NCBI GenBank assembly: GCA_024275415.1
Contig: JAJRZD010000089.1
Location: 1-32,000, forward strand
Length of the DNA: 32,000 nucleotides
Source: an archaeon
GTDB lineage: Archaea > Asgardarchaeota > Thorarchaeia > Thorarchaeales > Thorarchaeaceae
Direction: 5' to 3'
The notes beneath the pieces were generated by a model, which saw only the letters and a list, made by a program, of their open reading frames with translations, searched no databases and was not told the origin of the DNA. Each line of letters opens with the position of its first letter. Within the stretch, counting starts at the first letter, position 1. Position numbers and translations under genes: made by a program. This document shows, piece by piece, positions 26,000 to 32,000 of the stretch.

Positions 26000-27670
26000 T
26001 TACATCATGCCGGGCATTCCGCCCATGCCACCCATGCCGCCCATACCGCCGCCCATGCCGCCACCTTCACCCATATCGGATGGTGAGCTAGCCTTGGCTG
26101 CGATGACATCATCGATTCTTAGGATCATCTGGGCTGCTTCAGCTGCGGAGCGAATCGCCTGGTGCTTGACACGCACGGGCTCGATGACTCCCTCTTTCAT
26201 CATATCGACAGTCTTACCCTTGATGACATCAACACCGACCCAGAGTCCCTGCTCTCCAGCATGCTCCTTGTTCAAGTCCGTGATGATATCGATGGGGTCA
26301 TGACCGCCATTCTCTGTGAGAGTCTTTGGTACGATTCTTAGTGCCTCAGCGAATGCCTCAATGGCAAGCTGCTCGCGTCCCTTCACTGTGCCGGCGTATT
26401 CTTCAAGCCGTCGTGCGACTTCGATCTCAGTTGCACCGCCTCCAGCGACATAGACACCGTCTTCCACAACATTCCTTACCACACAGAGTGCGTCGTGGAG
26501 TGCTCTATCTGCTTCATCAACGACATGCTCGGTGCCACCGCGTATCACGATGGATACGGCCTTGGGGTCTTTGCAGTTCTTGACGTAGACCAACTTGTCG
26601 TCGCCAATCTTGACTTCCTCGACAATACCTGCTTCGCCGATGTAGTCTGAAGAGATCTCGTCAAGGCTTGACGCGACCTTGGCACCGGTAGCTTTTGCCA
26701 GCTTCTCTAGTGTGCTTTTCTTGGCTCTGCGGATTGCCATTACTCCTGCCTTGGCAAGGTAGTGCTGTGCCACATCATCGATGCCTTTCTGACAGATGAG
26801 CACGTTGGCTCCAGAGTTGACGATTTTGTCTACCATGTCCTTAAGCATCTTCTCCTCTTGGTCGAGGAATGCCTTGATCTGGTCTGGACTCTCGATCTTG
26901 ATCTCCGCATCGAATTCTGTCTTCTCGACCTCGATGGCTGCGTTCACTAGGGCAATCTTTGCACCCTCTACCTTTCTGGGCATGGATGCGTGGACGACCT
27001 CCTTGTCAATGACCATCCCGTTCACGAGCTCAGTTTCGTCAAGGCTCTTGCCCTGCTTCTTGATAATCTCGATCATATCGATGTCTGCCTTTGTCTTGCC
27101 GTTGACTTCCTCCTTTACTTGGAGTACTGCGTCCACAGCAATCTTCCCAAACAGATCCTTTGAGCCCATGACGGACTTGCTGTTCATCGAGGTCTCTGCA
27201 ATCTTGAGCAAGACCTTCTTGTCCATCCCTTCCATGGACACACCGATTTCTTTCAAGATGTCAGATGCTTTCTCAGCAGCCTTCTGATATCCTCCCACTA
27301 TGATGGTCGGATGGATCTTCTTCTCTAAGAGATCCTGTGCTCTCTTGAGCAACTCGCCAGCAATGACTACGCTTGTTGTAGTACCATCGCCTGTTTCCTG
27401 ATCTTGGCTCTTAGCAACCTCGACAAGCATCTTGGCCGCTGGATGCTGGACATCGATTTCTTTGAGGATGCTAGCACCGTCGTTGGTGATAGTGACATCA
27501 CCAAGACTGTCCACGAGCATCTTGTCCATGCCGCGTGGTCCGAGTGTGGACTTCACGGCGTCCGAGATCACGATACCGGCCATGATGTTATTGGATTGAG
27601 CTGACCTTCCACGGGTCCTGCTCGTTCCTTCTTTCAGTATGAGTACAGGTGTACCTGATAACTGTGCCAT
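26000..27670 (-). CDS. ths: Thermosome (group II chaperonin) subunit
   Basis: [21 protein letters not shown] and GGGATE motifs, with a C-terminal GGM tail. Alpha versus beta not resolved. Confidence 0.97.
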   Translation of the reverse strand: MAQLSGTPVLILKEGTSRTRGRSAQSNNIMAGIVISDAVKSTLGPRGMDKMLVDSLGDVTITNDGASILKEIDVQHPAAKMLVEVAKSQDQETGDGTTTSVVIAGELLKRAQDLLEKKIHPTIIVGGYQKAAEKASDILKEIGVSMEGMDKKVLLKIAETSMNSKSVMGSKDLFGKIAVDAVLQVKEEVNGKTKADIDMIEIIKKQGKSLDETELVNGMVIDKEVVHASMPRKVEGAKIALVNAAIEVEKTEFDAEIKIESPDQIKAFLDQEEKMLKDMVDKIVNSGANVLICQKGIDDVAQHYLAKAGVMAIRRAKKSTLEKLAKATGAKVASSLDEISSDYIGEAGIVEEVKIGDDKLVYVKNCKDPKAVSIVIRGGTEHVVDEADRALHDALCVVRNVVEDGVYVAGGGATEIEVARRLEEYAGTVKGREQLAIEAFAEALRIVPKTLTENGGHDPIDIITDLNKEHAGEQGLWVGVDVIKGKTVDMMKEGVIEPVRVKHQAIRSAAEAAQMILRIDDVIAAKASSPSDMGEGGGMGGGMGGMGGMGGMPGMM

Positions 27671-27743
27671 TTGTAACGCCTCTTGTTCCTTTCTTTTCAG
27701 ATCCGTCCACTTCCCACAGTGGACTGACCTCTTACGTTTTGTT

Positions 27744-27814
27744 AAAACTGTACATGCACTTCAACATGTACTTCTAAGAAAACTGTGCATGGACTTCGTA
27801 TAAAAACCTTATCT
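27744..27814 (-). promoter_or_regulatory. Predicted thermosome promoter (BRE-TATA) with repeated operator-like motifs
   Basis: Minus strand AGATAAGG-TTTTTATA (27814-27799). Three CATGNACTTC copies at 27753, 27765 and 27788. Confidence 0.6.
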
Positions 27815-28004
27815 TACAACACAAAAGGTAGTGTACGACAATGTTGTGCAAGATGTGGGCATATGTTGGATTGTGTAACGTCCGTGCAGTTACATTTTCA
27901 TTTACAATTCGTCGTGTTGGGATTACAGCGAGATACGCGGCTGCTTGAACGCATGACTAGACAATTTTTGAAACGTGCGGGGAATATGGAATGACCTACA
28001 ACAA

Positions 28005-28023
28005 TGCATCCATCACGGATGCA
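28005..28023 (-). terminator. Possible terminator hairpin after the V4R gene
   Basis: TGCATCC-ATCAC-GGATGCA 7-bp stem, 27 nt past the stop. No strong U tract. Confidence 0.35.
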
Positions 28024-28049
28024 ATATGGCGGCCTACGGCAGAGTGTGG

Positions 28050-28538
28050 TCAGACTCGGAAGAACATACGTTTCTTACAGGCGAGGGGTCCAGCATGCAG
28101 GATTTCCATCCCGACTTTCTCCCCCATTATCTCCTCTAGCATACCGCAGAGATACCCGTTGCTCAGGAAACAGAGCGGGCCACATTGCTTTAGGTTCTTC
28201 TGAGTGATTGCAGCACGAACCGGGCAGTCCCGTACTATGATATCAAAGGATGCACGTCCGAGTTCATCTTCATAGAAGTAAGCATCGGTACTATCGTGTT
28301 TTCTCAACTCGATGTGCCAGACACCTTCGTATGCTTTGTTGAGCAGATCCACAGCTGGTTTGAGAGAGTTGGTCTTATGGAGATTCTCTGCAAGACGCCG
28401 TCCTTCTTTGACGCCTGTGCCCATGATGAGACCCTTGGATGCAGGCCCCAATAGGTCTTCAATGCCGTTGTTGATTGTCGCTAGGAGCGAGAGATACGCA
28501 TCAACTCGCCTAGACTCACTATCTCTCGATGGTTCCAT
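28050..28538 (-). CDS. Stand-alone V4R-like small-molecule-binding domain protein
   Basis: IVRDCPVR...GPLC...GYLCGMLE...GPLAC pattern. TATA-like TTATAT about 27-32 nt upstream of the ATG. Confidence 0.7.
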   Translation of the reverse strand: MEPSRDSESRRVDAYLSLLATINNGIEDLLGPASKGLIMGTGVKEGRRLAENLHKTNSLKPAVDLLNKAYEGVWHIELRKHDSTDAYFYEDELGRASFDIIVRDCPVRAAITQKNLKQCGPLCFLSNGYLCGMLEEIMGEKVGMEILHAGPLACKKRMFFRV

Positions 28539-28748
28539 GATGGTTTTCGAGCTTTTGTGAATGGATATAATACATTCGGATATTCATCCACTCATTTATA
28601 CAATTGAGATGATAAAAAAATCAATTGAGGGATGGCTGTACGAAGCGGAGAAGTGAGGATTGGGACTTGCATTCCGAACCATTTAGTAAAACACATATTC
28701 CCCCAGTGCGAGATGGCACAATAGTTTCAATAGAGGAGAGGCAAGTCA

Positions 28749-30464
28749 TTGGATATTTCTTTCAACATCGGCGGAGAAGCTGGTCAGGGTATTGACACCA
28801 TTGGTGACCTGCTGGCACAGATTTTCGTCAAACAGGGATTCTACACGTTCACACACAAGGATTTCATGTCTCGGATACGAGGCGGTTACAATTTCAATGT
28901 GATACGGGTGTCAGACCGACCAGTTCATGCACCCTCCCACAAATACGATGTGATAATAGCCCTCACAGAGGATGCTATACGGAGGCCAAGGGATTCTCTT
29001 GTGGAGGACGGTGTCATCATATTTGAGGACTCCATCGAGTTCTCCGACCTTGAGCCGTGCCATTTTCCTGCACCACTGCTAAAGACTGCACGAAAAGTTG
29101 GCGGCAACATCAGAATGATGAACGCAGCAGCGCTTGGTGCCATTCTATCTGTCCTGAAATTTCCGTTCCATCTTGCACAGGATACGCTTGCTGAGATATT
29201 TGGCAGGAAAGGTCAGAAGATTGTCGAGGGAAATATCGCAGTTGCAAAGGCGTTGTTCGACTTGACCGCTAAGGAGTTCTCACGTTCATGCAGTGAAAAC
29301 CTCAGTACTATCAAAAAAGGCCCCTGCAGTGATCGGATGATGATCACTGGCAATCGGGCAGTCGCTCTGGGAGCAATGGCTGCGAATGTCAAGTGGGTAT
29401 CATCTTACCCCATGAGTCCCTCAACATCAGTCTTTCAGGATATTGTATCAAATGCTGAGAAGCTACGGATAGGTACCATACAGACTGAAGATGAGATCGC
29501 TGCTCTTCTTATGGCGATAGGTGCATCTTTTGGCGGAGTACGATCGTTGACAACCACATCAGGCGGGGGCTTCTCACTTATGGTGGAGGCACTTGGATTT
29601 GCTGCTATGACCGAAACGCCTGTTGTGATATATAACGCTCAGCGCCCTGGCCCTAGCACAGGGCTACCCACTCGCACTGAGCAGTCAGACCTTCTGTTTT
29701 CGGTGTTTGCGAGCCAAGGCGAGTTCCCAAGAATCATTCTTGCACCGAAAGACCCCTTAGACGGGTTTGATGTCACGGTTCGCGCTTTCAACCTTGCAGA
29801 GAAATACCAAGTTCCTGTGATTATTTTGGGCGACCAATACTTTGCTGACTCGGTGATGAACTTGCCTCGAATAGACGTATCCACTGTATCGATTGACAGA
29901 GGTAAATTGGCTAAAGATGATGACGGGGAGTACAAAAGACACAGGCTGACGGATGATGGGGTTTCACCGAGGGCTTTTCCCGGAGACCCTGGCAAGATAG
30001 TCGTTTCGACAGGGAATGTCCATCTTGAGGATGGGCATATTACAGAAGACCCCGAGATACGGAATGCGATGGTTCATAAATTCATGAACAAGATTCCATT
30101 CATCCTAGAGGATTTGAACCACCCGACACTTGATGGAACCAGCGATGCTGAAATGACCCTGTTATCGTGGGGTTCATCATGGGGTGCGACGAACGAGGCT
30201 ATGAGTATCCTGAGCGAGGATGGCGTGTCCATCAACCACCTCCACTTCACTGATGTCTATCCCTTACGGGATGAGGTACTCAAAGAGGTCTTCGCACGAG
30301 CCTCGAAGGTCATCGCTGTGGAACAGAACACTCTTTCCCAATTTGCCAAGCTCGTGCGTATGGAGGTCGGTCTGAGTGTCACTCATCATGTGAACAGATA
30401 CGATGGGAGGCCTCTTACTGCAAGATGGATCATTGACAAGCTTGAGGAGGTTGGCGCATTATGA
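28749..30464 (+). CDS. korA: 2-oxoacid:ferredoxin oxidoreductase alpha subunit (gamma-alpha fusion)
   Basis: GGEAGQG, YPMSPS, QTEDEIAA, TTTSGGGFSLM, QRPGPSTGLPT. TTG after GAGGAG. Substrate not determined. Confidence 0.93.
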   Translation: MDISFNIGGEAGQGIDTIGDLLAQIFVKQGFYTFTHKDFMSRIRGGYNFNVIRVSDRPVHAPSHKYDVIIALTEDAIRRPRDSLVEDGVIIFEDSIEFSDLEPCHFPAPLLKTARKVGGNIRMMNAAALGAILSVLKFPFHLAQDTLAEIFGRKGQKIVEGNIAVAKALFDLTAKEFSRSCSENLSTIKKGPCSDRMMITGNRAVALGAMAANVKWVSSYPMSPSTSVFQDIVSNAEKLRIGTIQTEDEIAALLMAIGASFGGVRSLTTTSGGGFSLMVEALGFAAMTETPVVIYNAQRPGPSTGLPTRTEQSDLLFSVFASQGEFPRIILAPKDPLDGFDVTVRAFNLAEKYQVPVIILGDQYFADSVMNLPRIDVSTVSIDRGKLAKDDDGEYKRHRLTDDGVSPRAFPGDPGKIVVSTGNVHLEDGHITEDPEIRNAMVHKFMNKIPFILEDLNHPTLDGTSDAEMTLLSWGSSWGATNEAMSILSEDGVSINHLHFTDVYPLRDEVLKEVFARASKVIAVEQNTLSQFAKLVRMEVGLSVTHHVNRYDGRPLTARWIIDKLEEVGAL

Positions 30465-31327
30465 TTACGGCAGAGCAACTAGAAGGAAAACAGAAGATTA
30501 CTTGGTGTACAGGTTGTGGAAACTTCGGCATCCTTGCATCCTTGAAGAAGGCGGTAATTGGGCTGGATATCCCCCACGAGAACATCGTGTTGGTATCGGG
30601 CATCGGTTGTTCCAGTAAGACCCCGCACTACATCAATCTGAACGCGATGCACACTATCCATGGCAGACCCATACCCGTCGCAACTGGTGTACATATGGCT
30701 AACAATGATCTTACTGTGATTGTCAACACAGGCGATGGCGATTGCCTTGGTGAAGGTCTCGGACATTTCATCCATGCTGCACGGCGTAATGTGAACATTG
30801 CCGTCTTCATACACAACAACGGTGTCAATGGACTGACAAAGGGACAGTTCTCTCCCGCAGCGCGAAGGGGTTATGTATCAAACACATCCCCACCTCCCCC
30901 TGGAGCTCCGATGGATCCAGTCAATCCCGTCGCATTAGCACTCGCTTCTGGCGCAAGCTTTGCAGCACGCGGGTTCTCAGGCGATCAGAAGAACCTTGTT
31001 GATATCATGATTCGCGCTATCAGGCATAGGGGATTTGCGGTCGTTGATATACTGCAACCTTGTGTCACATGGAACAAGTCCCTCACATGGGGCTTCTACA
31101 ACAAACGCATTTACAATCTTCAAGAGGAAGGCCATGACACGGCAGACCGGATAAAGGCACTCGAAGCGTCTCGTGAATGGGGCGACCGAATCCCGACTGG
31201 GATCTTCTTTGACACGGAATGTGCTGACCTTGCACAGGACATTTTCCTTCCCGAAGATGGGAATCTGAAGGATCATATCAACGATCTCTCATTGGTGCAG
31301 CAGTTAATTGATGACCATATCCTATAG
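30461..31327 (+). CDS. korB: 2-oxoacid:ferredoxin oxidoreductase beta subunit
   Basis: WCTGCGNFG, SGIGCS, HGRP, the GDGD...NN TPP motif and QPCVT. ATGA overlap with korA. Confidence 0.93.
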   Translation: MITAEQLEGKQKITWCTGCGNFGILASLKKAVIGLDIPHENIVLVSGIGCSSKTPHYINLNAMHTIHGRPIPVATGVHMANNDLTVIVNTGDGDCLGEGLGHFIHAARRNVNIAVFIHNNGVNGLTKGQFSPAARRGYVSNTSPPPPGAPMDPVNPVALALASGASFAARGFSGDQKNLVDIMIRAIRHRGFAVVDILQPCVTWNKSLTWGFYNKRIYNLQEEGHDTADRIKALEASREWGDRIPTGIFFDTECADLAQDIFLPEDGNLKDHINDLSLVQQLIDDHIL

Positions 31328-31328
31328 C

Positions 31329-31360
31329 CAAGAGTGGGAGTGTTGAACCTCCCCTCCTTG
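31329..31360 (+). terminator. Possible terminator hairpin after korB
   Basis: GGGAG (31336-40) pairs with CTCCC (31349-53), with flanking CAAG/CTTG. Confidence 0.4.
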
Positions 31361-31425
31361 TGCCATAGATAAAGCGATATGTACGAGATTGCAGAGGGGA
31401 ACACGAATACTCGGAGGGTTTGCCA

Positions 31426-32000
31426 ATGGTGAAGATGAGAAAGGAGCGAGACCTTCTTGGTGAGATCGAAGTCCCCGAAGATGCTTATTATGGCATCAAC
31501 ACCGAACGCGCGATTCGCAACTTCTCAATAAGTGGCCACAAGATGCCTACGGCGTTCATCATTGCATTGGCAAAGGTGAAGAAGGCATGTCTGCTTGCCA
31601 ACTTGGAAAGTGGTGATATTGACGATGTGATTGGGAACGCACTCAAGACTGCAATAGATGACATCCTTATTCATGATAGACTGCTTGACCAGTTCCCTGT
31701 GGACATCTACCAGACCGGATCCGGCACTCAGACCAACATGAACATGAACGAGGTTCTTGCAAACCGGGCCAATGAAATCCTGGGTCATCCGAAGGGCAAG
31801 AAGAGCCCTGTCCATCCGAATGACCATGTGAACTTGGGTCAGTCAAGCAATGATGTGATTCCTACGGCAATGCATATCGCCGCACTTGAGGCGCTGTCGA
31901 AGGATCTTTTCCCTGCAGTGGAGAAGCTCATGCAGACATTGGACAACAAGATATCCGAGTTCGAGGAGATTGTCAAGATAGGCAGGACACATCTTCAAGA
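31426..32000 (+). CDS. fumC: Class II fumarate hydratase (5' part; runs off right edge)
   Basis: Hand translation from ATG 31426 after GGAGGG: [43 protein letters not shown]. Aspartase is the less likely alternative. Confidence 0.88.
   Translation, partial: MVKMRKERDLLGEIEVPEDAYYGINTERAIRNFSISGHKMPTAFIIALAKVKKACLLANLESGDIDDVIGNALKTAIDDILIHDRLLDQFPVDIYQTGSGTQTNMNMNEVLANRANEILGHPKGKKSPVHPNDHVNLGQSSNDVIPTAMHIAALEALSKDLFPAVEKLMQTLDNKISEFEEIVKIGRTHLQ

Noticed and set aside
26003-26075. Tandem CCGCCCATG-like repeats
   Set aside because: They encode the common GGM chaperonin tail and are not a CRISPR or non-coding array.
27785-27994. 69-aa ORF containing CCARCG
   Set aside because: It overlaps the thermosome promoter, has no clear RBS, and lacks a convincing second Cys pair.
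1-32000. CRISPR arrays, tRNA/rRNA genes, transposases, integrases, known defence systems
   Set aside because: None was recognised on either strand by eye. tRNAscan-SE and Infernal runs would confirm.

Overview
Gene-dense archaeal chromosomal window. Marker genes include a group II chaperonin, the HMG-CoA synthase/thiolase/DUF35 trio, a DUF359 kinase and a SAMP-like ubiquitin fold. An Asgard (Thorarchaeia-like) origin is plausible but is only an inference from gene content. Most genes are housekeeping or central metabolism: nfnAB, nnr, coaD-DPCK fusion, upper mevalonate operon, trxB, thermosome, korAB and fumC. No CRISPR array, tRNA, rRNA or IS element was recognised. The most unusual part is 1-7134. 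There, an SMC5/6-like SMC (missed by the ORF track because it runs off the left edge) appears co-transcribed with a catalytically dead classical AAA+ protein. These face away from a MoxR ATPase and a zincin-VWA gene, which are in frame across a single UGA and followed by a nested stem-loop. Other points: an AT-rich ABC-exporter islet with a decayed tandem paralog, trxB broken by one in-frame TAA, an AsnB-like protein lacking its catalytic Cys tail-to-tail with a ubiquitin-like protein, a 528-aa orphan, and a triple repeat over the predicted thermosome promoter. All family calls come from motif recognition by eye, not database searches.
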